From Octopus sinensis (lineage: Eukaryota): a DNA stretch of 64,000 nucleotides. Every line of letters begins with the position of its first letter. Within the stretch, counting starts at the first letter, position 1. The translations under genes and the position numbers were made by a program. The DNA lies in the NCBI RefSeq assembly GCF_006345805.1, contig NC_043008.1:28892001-28956000 (forward strand). The letters run 5' to 3'. The notes beneath the pieces are model-generated. The model ran no database searches, was not told where the DNA came from, and was given only the letters and a program-made list of their open reading frames with translations. This document shows, in pieces, positions 27,879 to 41,199 of the stretch.

Positions 27879-30531
27879 TTTATTGTTGCTGCTGTTGTTG
27901 TATTTGCCATTGTTCATGTCGTCGTCATGAACATCATCACCATTATCGTTTTTATTTTATAAATATACATGCATACATGTACATACACTCACACACACAT
28001 ATATATATACACAGAAATGATACTAAAATACAAGCATTTTTTAAAAAATTGTAAGCGTAAATTTGAGTTTTTACAACTGATACTAGTAATATTGTCCTTA
28101 AGTTTGCAGTGGACCTACATATTACGTTCCCTTACTGAAATATAACACTCTCATGTGTAAATAACATAGCATGCTATTTTTCTCCTTGTTAGTTTAGATA
28201 GTTTTGTAACACATTCCAATAATCTATGTAAACAAATGGGAGTGACCTCGTCTTGTAAAATATGCTTGTAACATATAGCGAAGATTGTTTTCTTACTTAC
28301 CTATAGCGAATATTTGTTCTCACTTACTGATCTCATTATGAGTGAGAATGCAACGGCCGTCTCTGTCGAGTGCCACACCATATTTTGTAGGAACATGGAA
28401 GTTAAATGTAGAAAGACGCCCGGCAAAACATTATGTGTCTGTGAATAATCGCAATCGAAGTTTTCTATTTCAGATAAGCCAGGTACGTAATCTTGTCCAT
28501 TAATATCTGGTGTGCTTAAAGCTGGTAGATATACATATGAGTTTTATGTTAGCTAAAACCACTCCCGAAGGCATTTACACCATTGCATGGCATCTGTTGT
28601 TTGAGAACTTGTGTCAACACTGCACTTCTCTGTGTATAATACTTTATTTTGCATTACACAGACATATCCTTCAGTAGGTTAAATTGCTATCAATTGTGAT
28701 GCTGCCTTTAAATGTAGGTGGATATGAAGTGTACAATTTCATTTTTTATACTTTTATTAATTAGGTTACAATGACCAAACATATTTTCTACTCCTGTAAA
28801 CCTTTGTAACTATGCATATTCATTTATATTCTTACCACACATGTATTTGTTCTCCTCTCTTCTCTGAGGATTAATGCGGCTTTGTGTAAAGTTATCAACT
28901 TGTTAATGGAAGTATTGGAACATCGTATATTCTGTTATTAATCTCAAAATGTCATTTCCATCATTGAACACTTCGGTGAAAAATTTTAACGATTTAAATA
29001 CACAATTAAATATGCAGTGTGACTTCTCTTTTTAAAACAATAAAATAAATTATCACAATAGAAAAACTAATTTTGTTTGAAATTTATTCGATCTACATCC
29101 AATTATTGGATTCACAACCTATTTAACCTAAGTGCACCAACATGATACAATATAAAATTGCTGCATAGCTTACTAGAACCCAACCTCTCTATCAGCCTAT
29201 CTATCTATCTGTCTATCTATCTATCTATCTATATATCTATCTATCTATCTATCTATCTATATATCTATCTATCTATCTATCTATCTATCTCTGTGCCTCT
29301 TTCTGCATCTCTTGCTTTCTCTCTCAATCTTTCCTTCTAACATTCTCTAGTACCCTCTCTCTCCTTATATGCACATACACCATACTTACATATATATATA
29401 TATATATACATATATATCTGTGAGAGAGAATGTATATGTGTATTTATTCAGTCTTATTGTAAAATTAGACTTAAAAATAATTCCTTCGTATTCAAACGGT
29501 AATCAAATTCTTGGTAACTTTACGTTATATTTTTTCTTGCGTTTTACTCATTGAAATCTAATAGGAAAGAAATCAACAGCCTGCAATTTGCTAAGACGTT
29601 TATTAATATAGATGGTGCCTGCTTGAATGTTAGTTTCATTAAAAATTAGAATCGTATAAAATTCCTTTTGAGAATTCGTCACTACCGACGATGATCATTG
29701 AAAGGTGCCCAGTTATGTCATGACTAATTGGATTTCCTCAATATATTAATTTCCCCAATCAAATGAATAAGTCTTCCCGCACGTTATTGATTTTAAATAT
29801 TTTCCCTTAAGTTTTATTAGTTCTTTTTCAAAATACGTCAATTTTTATTTCACTCACCCCATTCTGTTTTCTTATCTCTCGCTATATCGCAGTTCAACTA
29901 TCGCGTTCTATTATTTAAGCTTACGTTTATTTCTCAGAGGTGCTGTTTGGCATTTATAATAAAATTAATATATACAAATGATAAGAATAATGTTTTTTAA
30001 ATATACATTACAGAACTGTTTCTACTTTGCTGATTTTCACCTATTGCGAGGTGTTCTGGAACATAACATCCGTGATAGTCGAGGGTTTAAGTGTATTTAT
30101 TTATGTTTGTATGTGCGTTTTCATGCATGTATTTTTGGCTTTACATACACAGATACATACACAGACACACACACTCACACACACACTCACAGAGACAGAG
30201 ACATTGTGACATACCCCACATATATATAGTCCGGCCAATACATATTCAAATTGGGAATACAAATTGGAAATACAATAAAATTCTTTTATTATAATCCCAA
30301 GGTTAGGGGATCACAATACTGATACAGAAAATTACATCGGACAAAATAAATCAAATTAAATTCACAAGCAGGGGAGATGTTTAAGAGATTTACAATAGTC
30401 CTTGTATGAAGTAAAATTAAATAGAGTAAACCGATTTAAAATTGTCCTCGAAATAAAGCGGTTCACGAAAGAAATATAAATATAATGATGTAAGGTATCT
30501 TACGAGCGTTTCAGTGAGTACGCAAAGCAAA

Positions 30532-30577
30532 ATCTTATTCTTTCGATTTTGGTAACCATAATTCTTTCATCAGAGAT
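30532..30577 (-). ncRNA. Candidate minimal hammerhead motif
   Basis: Minus strand atct CTGATGA aa gaattatgg tta ccaaaatc GAAA gaa T A agat; all core bases present, but stem I is only 4 bp and stem II is imperfect. Confidence 0.4.
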
Positions 30578-30731
30578 AGAATATTTTTAAAGATTAGTTC
30601 TTAAAAAGGTTAAGATTAAAAAAAGAAATTATCACACATCCATGTGATCTTAGTACTACATGTCGAAAAGGCGAAAGTGTTTAAAATATATATATATGTA
30701 TATATATATGCATATATATACATATACATAC

Positions 30732-30862
<131 letters not shown>

Positions 30863-30864
30863 AT

Positions 30865-31611
30865 AAGAGAGCAACCACTATGTGGTCTACTCTAGCACTA
30901 AAAATAGATTCGCTGGGCTTCAGCCACATAAAAAATGTTTCCGATGAATATTAGTACAACTACTGGCGCAGACAGGGCAAATAAACATAACAAAAATTCA
31001 AATCGAAATCCGGGTTTTATATGCACTAAGCCACTTGGTGTTAAATGGATGTACTATTAAATTAGTATAGAACTTTCTCACCCTCATTAGTTGATTGTAA
31101 CTATGCTACATTTAATAGTGGATTTAGTATCTGTTTCCGTGAGTTTTGGCGGTCCATGACAGGGGCACTTAAACTATAGCAGCGAATACAATTGGCTGGA
31201 CCACACGTGCGTTTATTGTGATCGTAAAGTGTAGCGTGCGGTCGAGTAAATTGTATTCTGAATGGGTTCGGCCGATGAGCTACAAATAAAGGTATATTAT
31301 GTGAGTAAAATTACATAATTTATTAATATATTAATAGCGAAACAAATGTCCCGAACCAATTTGAATTTTTGTTATGTTTATTTGCCCTGTCTGCGCCAGT
31401 AGTTGTGCTAATATTCATCGGAAACATTTCTTATGTGGCTGAAGCCCAGCGGATCTATTTTTAGTGCTAGAGTAGACCACATAGTGGTTGCTCTCTTGTA
31501 TTTATGTATAAAATTTATCGAAATCCAAGTTTTATATGCACTAAGCCACTTGGTGTTAAATGGATGTACTATTAAATTAGTATACAAATTTCTCACCCTC
31601 ATTAGTTGATT
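30865..31611 (+). mobile_element. Rearranged non-coding element A-B-C-HHR-A(inverted)-B, probably PLE-derived
   Basis: 30865-31003 vs 31359-31497 inverted, 136 of 139 match; 31004-31096 vs 31519-31611 direct repeat; (TA)n at both ends. Confidence 0.85.
31265..31357 (+). ncRNA. Type I hammerhead motif, U4C variant
   Basis: Stem I ggttcgg/ccgaacc; core CCGATGA; stem II gcta/tagc with inner attatgt/acataat hairpin; GAAA c aaat g T C; GUC site at 31350. Confidence 0.7.
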
Positions 31612-31625
31612 ATATATATATATAT

Positions 31626-31664
31626 AGGCACAGGAATGGGTATTTGGTAAGTAGCTTGCTTACC
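31626..31664 (+). mobile_element. SINE head, 5' piece, interrupted by an insertion
   Basis: aggcacaggaatgggtatttggtaagtagcttgcttacc continues at 33691 as aaccacatggttcc. Confidence 0.8.
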
Positions 31665-33675
31665 TTACTACAAACGAGTTCGCATTTATTCATGCTACCT
31701 GGAGGTCACATCTTTCGACGGGAAAAATTGAACATTTGAAGTGCGACCACAGGTAAAGCATTTGTAGTTTGGGTGGGGGGGGGGTAGTGAAGTCTGTTGT
31801 CCGCATGGTTAAAAATGTTTCGAACAAGGGTCTCCACTGAGTTCCAGGCACTTCTTTACCGGTGGTCTTAATAAAAGACTCATATTTTAGTGAGAACTGT
31901 GTGTATTTTCGGGAGACGTGCCCGTCCGAAAATTTTCTTGAATTGAAAGGGCACTGTGTTTGTGCTCATTCAAGTTAATTTTTACCATAAAGGAGTAGTG
32001 TACAGCCGGAGTTGGATGGAATACCATTTCTGCTGTGAAGGACTACCAGTTTGGATTACCAGTAGCAGAATTATTTTGTGTTGCCATTTTGAACTACCTT
32101 CTTTCGGTCTTTCTTCTCTTGTCCGTCTTTCTGATCTTTTTGAAGTTCCTTTATAGAATTTCATCTGAAAATTTTGATTTTTGTTTGTGGATTTTATATT
32201 TTTGTTTTGGCTATAAACATGGCAACGGTGAAACCCACTTTGGAATGGCAAATTCTGGCCCCCAAAGAATGGGTGAAAAATTATACGGAGAGAACGGTGG
32301 TGTTAAGGATTAATTCCAGGGTCCTTGGAACCATCAAGGTCTTCTCTGAGGAAGAAATTGAGGAGGAGTTCGCAGACTATCTGCCAACTGTTAAGTTTAT
32401 CCGCAAGGGTGCGAAGTATTGAACTGTGTGTGTACTTTTTGACACCCCTGCAGAAATTCGTGATTTTGCGAGGGTGCCTTTGGAAGGGGAGAAAATTTTG
32501 TTTCTCCCTACTTATGGCGGTAGAGAATTGACAAGAGCCTGGGCGTGTGGGCTGCCACCAGGTATAGAGGCCGAATGGATAAAAGACATTATCAGGCGGG
32601 ACCTAGGTGGCGGCCCTTCCAGGCTCTTAAATGTAAAATTATTGTCTGCGGTCGATTGGGTCGGGTCAAAAGCAATTTTGACCCTATGGACCCAATCAGC
32701 CGATGATCTAGTTTTACCAGATTTTTTTAACAATGGCCAATTCCAGGTACCCGGTGATGGTTGAGGGACGTCTCCCCAAGTGTCACCTGTTCCTGGAACC
32801 GGAACGCAGAAAGAAGAACTGTCACCGGGACCAGGCAAAGATCCTGGAACAGTTAATTCAACAGGTGTCCCCTGCTCCCCCACTGGAGGAAACATTTGAG
32901 GAGGAGGTAACCTATTCAAAAACAGAGGGGAAGAAAAGAAAGAAGGGGGACAATGGCTGCCCACCTATGGATCCTGAGACGGCGGAGGTGGGGGAGGGTC
33001 CTCCGGAGATATCGGAGGAACTCCACCCTCCCATTGTAAAAAGAAGAACGGGGCATTGCCGGCGACGGCATGTCTCGAAACTCCGTAGGTGGTATGTGTG
33101 CCGCCGGAGGTTGGGGAGAAGATAACCTTGTCAGTGGGATGTGTGCCACCGAGCGAGTTCGTTGAGGCCCCTTCCAGTGAAAGTGGTGAAGAATATATGT
33201 GCTGCTCTCTCAGGAGAGGAGCTATAAACAGTTTCGTGGAGAATATGGATAGTCGGGTTGTGAGGGAACCGAATTTTATTGACAGCCCAGAGTGGCCTTC
33301 GTAGGTGGCTGCTCTGGTGCTGGAAAGAGAGTACTGTGATCTGATAACTGACTCGTGTAAAAACGAGAATTATAGAATTATTTTTGGAGGCCCAGATTTC
33401 GGTTGCAGCAATGCATGCAAGTTGCAAGAAATTTATTCGGGGCAAGATTGTAGAGGTTTATCGCCTCCAATTACTCCAAATATATTGCATTTTAAATTGT
33501 AAGACGGTTAATACCTCTGTATATGCGTTTTTAAAGAACAATGTTTTAGATAATTAGAGGGTCGGCGGGCGCTTCCTGTTTTCCCTCTTAATCATTTTTG
33601 GATCAGCATTATTGTCTATGACTAGCGCGCAAGCTACTCTTTGTAATGCTATTATGGTAAATCTTAATGAAATAC
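31665..33675 (+). mobile_element. ORF1-only non-LTR element (Tx1/L1-like, HAL1-type organisation), 2011 bp, 15-bp TSD
   Basis: TSD agtagcttgcttacc 31650-31664 / agtagcttgctcacc 33676-33690; about 550-bp 5' UTR, then gag-like ORF; no endonuclease or RT motifs seen. Confidence 0.72.
32219..33502 (+). pseudogene. Disrupted ORF1 (RRM-like region plus degenerate CCHC knuckle)
   Basis: MATVKPTLEWQ...ERTVVLRINSR...VCVLFDT; VMVEGRLPKCHLFLEPERRKKNC has CX2CX4HX4C spacing with single-base changes at C2 and H; Glu/Lys/Pro-rich linker; stops and frameshifts. Confidence 0.65.
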
Positions 33676-33800
33676 AGTAGCTTGCTCACCAACCACATGG
33701 TTCCTTGTTCAGTGCCACTGCATGGCACCTTGGGCAAGTATCTTTTGCTATAGCCTCGGGCCGACCAAGGCCCTTTGTGTGAATTTAGTAGAAGCCCGTC

Positions 33801-33840
<40 letters not shown>

Positions 33841-33925
33841 GTATATGTTTGTGTGTCTGTGTTTGTCCCACTAACATCGCTTGATAACTGATGCTTGTGT
33901 GTTTACGTCCCCGTAAATTACCAGA
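33676..33925 (+). mobile_element. SINE, 3' piece
   Basis: aaccacatggttccttgttcagtgccactgcatggcaccttgggcaagtatc...tatagcctcgggccgaccaagg, (TA)n, gtgtttacgtccccgtaa. Confidence 0.85.
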
Positions 33926-34400
33926 GAGACTTTAGACTGCAAGAACTCAAAAACCCTAATTGACAGACACTACCAAATTCAATTCATAGTGGATGGAATC
34001 AGACGTGCAACCCAAATCAACATAGCAACCTTAAGAAAAGTTCAATACAGTCACACACCTTCCCCGAAAATACTGCCGTAATACCCACATACAACTCCAG
34101 AAACAAAGAAGCCTTCACCATCATCATCCAAACTTTAGCAATGCTACATGAGGACCCCAAATTAAAGGAAGTTTTACACACACATAATATCATTAAAAGC
34201 CACAAACATCCGAAATCACAAAAAACCCTCAAAAAGGCAAAATTATTTTCTAAAGTAATGGAGGCAAAAGTGAAAAAATGCAATCGACCAAATTGCGAAG
34301 CATGCCCAAACCATCTAGAAGGATCAGAATTCCTTTTCAAAGAGGTACAAAAATTCAAAATCAAATCTGACTTTACTTGTCTATCAGATTATGTATCTTA
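33920..34400 (+). mobile_element. PLE fragment (RT thumb-linker to start of GIY-YIG)
   Basis: IPTYNSRN, KCNRPNCEACP, FKIKSDFTCLS resemble the linker regions at 49100-49520 and 61376. Confidence 0.7.
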
Positions 34401-36561
34401 AATAATATTAAGATATACTTCTTATGTTACTGGGTAATGTGCAATATTTCTTTTTCATTCAAAAAGAATTTACGAAAATAGGGCGAAGGTATTAGTATCT
34501 TAACTTATATTATGACTTCAAAGTCAAACCCGCTGAAAGAAATGTCCAGGAGAACTAACGTAATATTTGACCTCAGAAGGTGATGTAGTTGAACAACCAG
34601 CATTGTCTCCTATGTAATCTGTTTTTCGAAATCAGCTGCTAATGCAATAATACGTAAGTAAATATCAGTGAAAGTTTCAGAAATTAGAACAATAACCAAA
34701 CATTTTCAATAGAGCTCTTTCACGATGAAAGTGTTCAGAGAATTCTTTCAATGGCATGAACTTATCGTTGAAAATTATAGGCAATAAATATACCTGTAAT
34801 ATGGAAATATGCATTCAACAATCTATATATCAGCAATAGAGAGGGTGATATTGAACAAACGTCTCATTCTCATGGACAACAACATTATATTCAGTTCATG
34901 CGCACACTCGGATAATATATTTTCATAAGAATTCGGTGGAAACAACAGCAACTTTCTATACTTCGGCCTTAGTCAAATAGATGAGAGCAAAGTCTAGACA
35001 GGAATGTATACATATTAATTTTGTTTTCCTGATTAATGACTTCATATTAAACTGAAACCAATTAGTTATACTAGAATATATTATTATATTTCTTAGTATT
35101 GTGTTGCAGCTAAAACTGCTCAGCAAAACAAAGATTACAATGTGACTGAGAGTCCAGATTGAAAGTATTTATATCCATTTAAGACTCCAATGCTCACTCA
35201 AAAATGCTTGGAGGTAATAATTTTCTAGCGCCCATTGGATACACAAAGATACACATAAACAATCTTAAAATTCATGTAAGATTATATGACATCGTATAAT
35301 ATAAACATGGAGATTATTGATCTCTTAGATAATAATTCAATGGATGAAAGAGTGGAAATAGACGTAAGGGTGAAATTATGATATGGCTGGTTAATGTTGA
35401 TAGCGAGAAATATATAATTACAAATTTCTCGATTTCAAAAAGTAGAAAATGCTACACGATGTTTAGTTCTGAACAACTGTGATTCGAAATCTCAAGTAAC
35501 ATAAATATTGTTGGCATAACAAAATACATATATTATAATCCAGACAACCATTTTAAATAGAGTGCATAAAAGCATTCTACCACTGCGTAAATATGTAACT
35601 TTCCTTTTGAAGTTTAATATAACCATCTCATTTGCTCCTGTGAAATGTCTTTTACATATGTTAAAAGAAATTGATATATTTACTACTACGTATCCAAATA
35701 ATTTGAAATTCGTCTACATTGTGAAAGTGTCATATCGAATAATCGATTTTGATATCATTTGCAAGATGACAATGAATGAAATTAATCAAGATATAGTGTG
35801 GCTATAATGCACTTTAAGTTAATACAATAATTTAAATGTATCAATTTTATGTTTAGAATAAAACCTTCACATACCACCAGGGACTGTTCAGTTACAGTTC
35901 AACTTGAACTGTTGAAACATTACAGTTGTGAGTGCGGTTTTGGGTGATGTACCTGACATGGAGGAAGAGGAAACACACAAGTGAGAGGGAACTATGAAAA
36001 TGTACACGGTCTATCGAGATCCGAGAAACATAAACCATTGTAATTTAAGTAGATATTAGAGATTAAAAAGTAGTATGAGAAGCAGTTGGTAGGTGTTGAT
36101 AATGGAAACATGGCTATCCACTTGGTTGTCTTCATTTGCAGACTAGTTCTTTTGCACGTAGCTACAGGTTTGCCCAATAAAGAGAGTGCATTCCATTATA
36201 ATAATCAGACGAACCTTTAGAGGGGAAAAAAACAGTTTCATGTTAAAGAAATCTGAGATTACCATGTTGATGAATGTATCATACTTTAGATACCCAACGA
36301 TATTGTGCCTTTCATTACAAGGATTTGTGAGGTCAATTCTTTTTTGTGCTTTTCAGACAAGAAACACTGCTTATATGATAAGAACAATGATTGCACTTCT
36401 TAAGGAAAAGAAAACAAATGCGTATGACAATATAAATGAAAGTTAGTTATTCATGAATGAGTTATTTTTTTTTTATAATATGGATTCTGTGGTAGGATTT
36501 CGGCCATGCTGGAGCCTCACCTTATCTACATACATATATATGTATATTTGTGTATGTGTAG

Positions 36562-36629
<68 letters not shown>

Positions 36630-36659
36630 ATATATATATTAAGGTATGTATAAAAATAC

Positions 36660-37110
36660 AACATGGACAAGAACGTATAACTCTTAGAAGACGACACAAT
36701 AAACATGGACAGGACATTCGAACCCCTCAGTCTTCAGTCAAGAACCGGATCATCGTAGTAATTTCGGCTGATTAATCTTGAGATTACTAGATCACGGCCA
36801 GCCCTCCAAGAAAAACTAAGCAACGAGCATTAGAAAAACTAAGCTGGAAGCGTAGATTTCCTGGAAGAAGGATCGAATGCATACGAACACCAGGACAGCA
36901 AAAGGGACAGATATAAAAAAACAAAAAACAATAATGGAATACAGAAACATGAAATACAGAAGCATTAACGGTGAAAACAACAAGTGTCTTACGACTGATA
37001 ACAAGCAAACAAAGTTTTTCTCTGGCGCATTGGAAGAAGCCTTTATAGCGGCGGACGAAAAACAACGATGTTAACACGACGAGGGTCAGGAGCTGAAAGG
37101 CAGATTTCGG
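36660..37110. repeat. Probable interspersed repeat fragment of uncertain class
   Basis: Non-simple sequence between (TA)n and (GA)n tracts; minus strand has a ggctg...cagccGAAA stem; class not established. Confidence 0.3.
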
Positions 37111-37324
37111 CCAACAGTCACGTGACAGAGAAGAGGGAAAAGAAAAGAAAGAGGAGCAAAGGAAGAGAGAGAGAGAGAGACGAGGGACAAAACGCAACAA
37201 AGAGAGAGAAGAGAGAGAAAGAAGGGATCAGAGAGGAGAAGGGATGGGTGTCGAAGAATGACCTGTGAGTGCAGAGCGAGACAAAGAAATAGGAGGGTAA
37301 AGAGAAGAGAAAAAGAGGATGAGT

Positions 37325-37357
<33 letters not shown>

Positions 37358-37463
37358 GGGGACAGATCAAGTAAAAATGAGAGAGAGAGGGAGACAAAAA
37401 GAGAGTCGTACCAATTATTAAGAATATGTGCTCACATTAATGATAAGGTGGGTACGGGGCGCC

Positions 37464-37513
<50 letters not shown>

Positions 37514-37514
<1 letters not shown>

Positions 37515-38737
37515 CAGGTCGTTAAGAATGAAATGTTCTATCTTCTTATGCACCAAGTTTGACACTCGTTAACTATAAAGTTTTATCTTGAAAATTCTTT
37601 TTCTTACAGCATTGAAGAATTACATCATCCTTTTTATAAATGTAATTCGTGGTGTTTGATTATACTTTGAGTTTTACTCTTGTATATCATTTATTGTGAA
37701 CTCAAGGAGAGTTCAAAAATTCGTGTTGTTTATGAATATGAGTTTCGTCGTGGCACCAACGCGTTTCAGACAGCTTAAAACATTAATGAGGTATTTGATG
37801 AAGATGTGGCGAATGAGTGCACTCTACGTTGATGGCTTCACCGTCTGCTGAAGTTACACTTGAAAAGCAGCCCCGTCGTAGACCTGAGTGAAAGCTGTCG
37901 TAGAAGGGGATACCACTGAAACAACGCGTGAGTTAGCAGCAGGGTTTATGTTTCGATTCCAGCTGTATTGGACCATCTGAAGCAATTCGGCATGGAAGAG
38001 AAACTGGACATGTGGGTACCACGCGAACTGAACGAGCATGAAATGTCACGTCGTCTTCAAACTTGCTGTCTCGACATAAAAGCGAACAAATTTTGCATAG
38101 TAATGTTACGCGTGATGGCAAATGGATTCTTTTCAACAATAACAAGCGTTCTGCAGGAGGTTCCATAGAGATGAAGTGCCTAAATACAAAATAAAACTGA
38201 GTATTCCCCCAAACAAGTTTATGGTGTTTGTTTAGAGGTCCAACGCTTGTTTCATGCATTACAGCTTAATGAGACCTGGTAAGTCATTTGCAGCGGATGT
38301 TTATATTAACCAGTTGGATGGAATGATGAGTGAACTTGCAAAATCCGATATTGTTCAATGTTCTCTTGCAAGCCAATGTTCGACAACATGTTGCTCAAAG
38401 AACGCTTCTCAAGTTACAGTGACTAAACTTGGTAGTATACTGTCATCCATCATATCACCACACGTTGCACCAACAGACAATCAAGTTTTCTAGGGATTAG
38501 ACAAATTTTGCGGAGAAAAACATAAAATCTGAAGAAGATGCAAAAACAGCTTTTCGTGATTTCATCACCTCTTGCTCTCCAGAATTCTGTGATGACGGCA
38601 TAAATAAGCTACCGATATAATAGCAAAATTGTGATGATAAATAATGTGCACATTTTGACTAACTGCATTGCTTTTGTTGAGATAAAATAAACTATACTTT
38701 CAGTTCAAAATCGGACATTTCATTCTCAACGATGTGA
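37514..38737 (+). mobile_element. mariner transposon, near full length, decayed
   Basis: TA-flanked TIRs tcaggtcgttaagaatgaaatg / catttcattctcaacgatgtga; WVPREL; DVYINQLD; SPHVAPTD. Confidence 0.9.
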
Positions 38738-39379
38738 TATATAACGATCTGAGAGAGAAAGAGAGATAAATAAATAAATGGAATTGAACGCATGTGTTAT
38801 TGAAATCTATATACTTCCGACATATGTTTCAAAGAAAACATTGGTATTATTCCAGAAGGAATAAAATGATGTAAAACAATGCAAAATTCTTATCAGACGA
38901 AAAAAGAGAAACAAACTGTATAAATAAAACATCAATAAGACATTTTAACCGAAGTCTCTTGTAAACACGTTTTCGAAACGCTTTTGGCAAAAGCATACCT
39001 CTAGTTCCTTTAAGAGATTTCTACCAGTCCATAAAATTCGACCTTTAAATGTCTTCTGACATTTCACATCTACTGAATATATCTTTTTTCAAGACTTTAA
39101 TCTGCATACCTATTCACCTATCGCACTATTATGAAAAGTTCATCAGAAATCATAATTATTAATAAGGATTTTAGAGAAATGACTAACCTTTTTCCTTCAT
39201 CTCCAGTCTTATGTATGTGTTTCGCCAGGATGGTCGCTATTTTTAGTAATAGTGTGGGAGGTAGGATGGGAGCAGTCACATGATCTGATTTCGAATACTT
39301 TGTTGAAAGGAAAGGATTTTTTTCTTTTGCGGCTAGTCTGCCATGGTTCGGTGATTTTTCCATTGGTCTTAGAGTTCAA

Positions 39380-40081
39380 GATGGTTTGCGTGTATGTGTA
39401 TTCGTGTGTGCGTGTCCACGGTTCTGTGTGTGTGTATATGCTTGTGTATGTGTGTGGTGGTTTTACACAGATCTTAGAGTTCAGTGTGGTGTGTGTGTAT
39501 GTATGGGTCTGTGTATATGTGTGTCTTATATTTAGCAGTGTGGTGTGTGTATATGTCTGTGATTTGTATGTCAGAGTGCTGTGTGTGTACACGTGTGTGT
39601 ATGTGTGTGTCTGTTTTTGTTCGTGTGTGTGTATATGTACGTCTATGTGTGTGATCTGTTTGTTAGGGTGGTGTGTGCGAGCACGTGAGTTTATGTGAGT
39701 GTGTGTCTGTTTTAGTGTGTAATGTTTTAATTATCCGGGTGGTGTACCTGGGTGTGAGTCTGCATACGTATGGATGGCTGTGGGTGCATATATATGTATA
39801 TGTGTGTGGGTGTGTGTGTACATGTGCAAGTTTATGTGTATGTTATTTTTCTCTGCGGTATGTATGTATATTTGGGTGTATTTTGTGAGTGTTCTATTAG
39901 TATTATTTGTGTAGTGTGTGTGTGTATGTGTGGGTGTGTTTCTGTGAGTTTGAATTTTCTGATTGTCAGGTTGCTGTGAGTTATTATGTGTGTGTTCATT
40001 ATTGTGTGTGTGTGCTTCTGTGAATGCCTGTTTTGATTGTTGGAATGCTATTACGGGTGTATATGTGTTTTTTTTCTTTGA

Positions 40082-40140
<59 letters not shown>

Positions 40141-40208
40141 ATATATATATATATTAATATATATATGTATATATATATCTATATATATATATATGTATAT
40201 ATATATGT

Positions 40209-40239
<31 letters not shown>

Positions 40240-40240
40240 T
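39380..40240. repeat. Long degenerate (GT)-rich low-complexity tract ending in (TA)n
   Basis: Direct; explains the VC-rich ORFs. Confidence 0.85.
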
Positions 40241-40425
40241 ATTTAAAAGCATCAGAAATATAACAAAATGTGTTACTCAGAGTTTCAAGTTCCCAGAAAT
40301 AACGATATGATCAAAACTAGTTCAAGAGTACACCTTTAAAATGATAGATTTGTTTCATTGGTCCTTTCAAATAAGCATGCGATAAACAGATTAAACAAAT
40401 TTATTTTGTCAAAGCTCTTTTGTGG

Positions 40426-40510
<85 letters not shown>

Positions 40511-40593
40511 ATATAATATATATATATATAAATAAAAGATGTGGGCAACAGGTTTCTTAGCCAGAAATCCATATATGTACATATGTATATATG

Positions 40594-40624
<31 letters not shown>

Positions 40625-40676
40625 ATATATATATATATATAATATATATATATATGTATAAATATATATATATATG

Positions 40677-40713
<37 letters not shown>

Positions 40714-40748
40714 AAATCTATATATGTACGTATGTATATATGTATATG

Positions 40749-40797
<49 letters not shown>

Positions 40798-41199
40798 TCA
40801 CGAGGATGACTCTGAAATGAGCGTTGCTAGAGCTGGCAATAATTGCATTGTTTATTTCCAGGTAAACTAAGGCGTGATTGTTCTAAAAATATTTTAAATG
40901 TAACTAGTTACCACTTCTCTCGAAAATGGACAAAAGTTGGTATTGTTCTGTTATGTACTTACAGAAAACAGATATTAGACCCCAACTTATTTCATGCTCA
41001 TATGATTGCTAACGAGTGGGTGACGCTCCTCGTCTCGTTTATCAACAGTGCAAATGTGGCTTGAGGAAGGGAAGGGAGGGTCTTGGTTTTGACTCAAGTA
41101 TTGCACATCAACAATCGTTACCATCAAGCAAAACATTGATCATGTTCACCACATCATGATGAGTGAGGGGGTATTGAATAAAATTAAAATAGCCGATGG

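Noticed and set aside
36730-36830. ggctg...cagccGAAA stem and a separate CTGAAGA on the minus strand
   Set aside because: The two halves are in the wrong order and neither completes a hammerhead topology.
39050-39160. Minus-strand CTGATGA with an acttt/aaagt stem
   Set aside because: GAAA is offset and there is no stem I or UH site.
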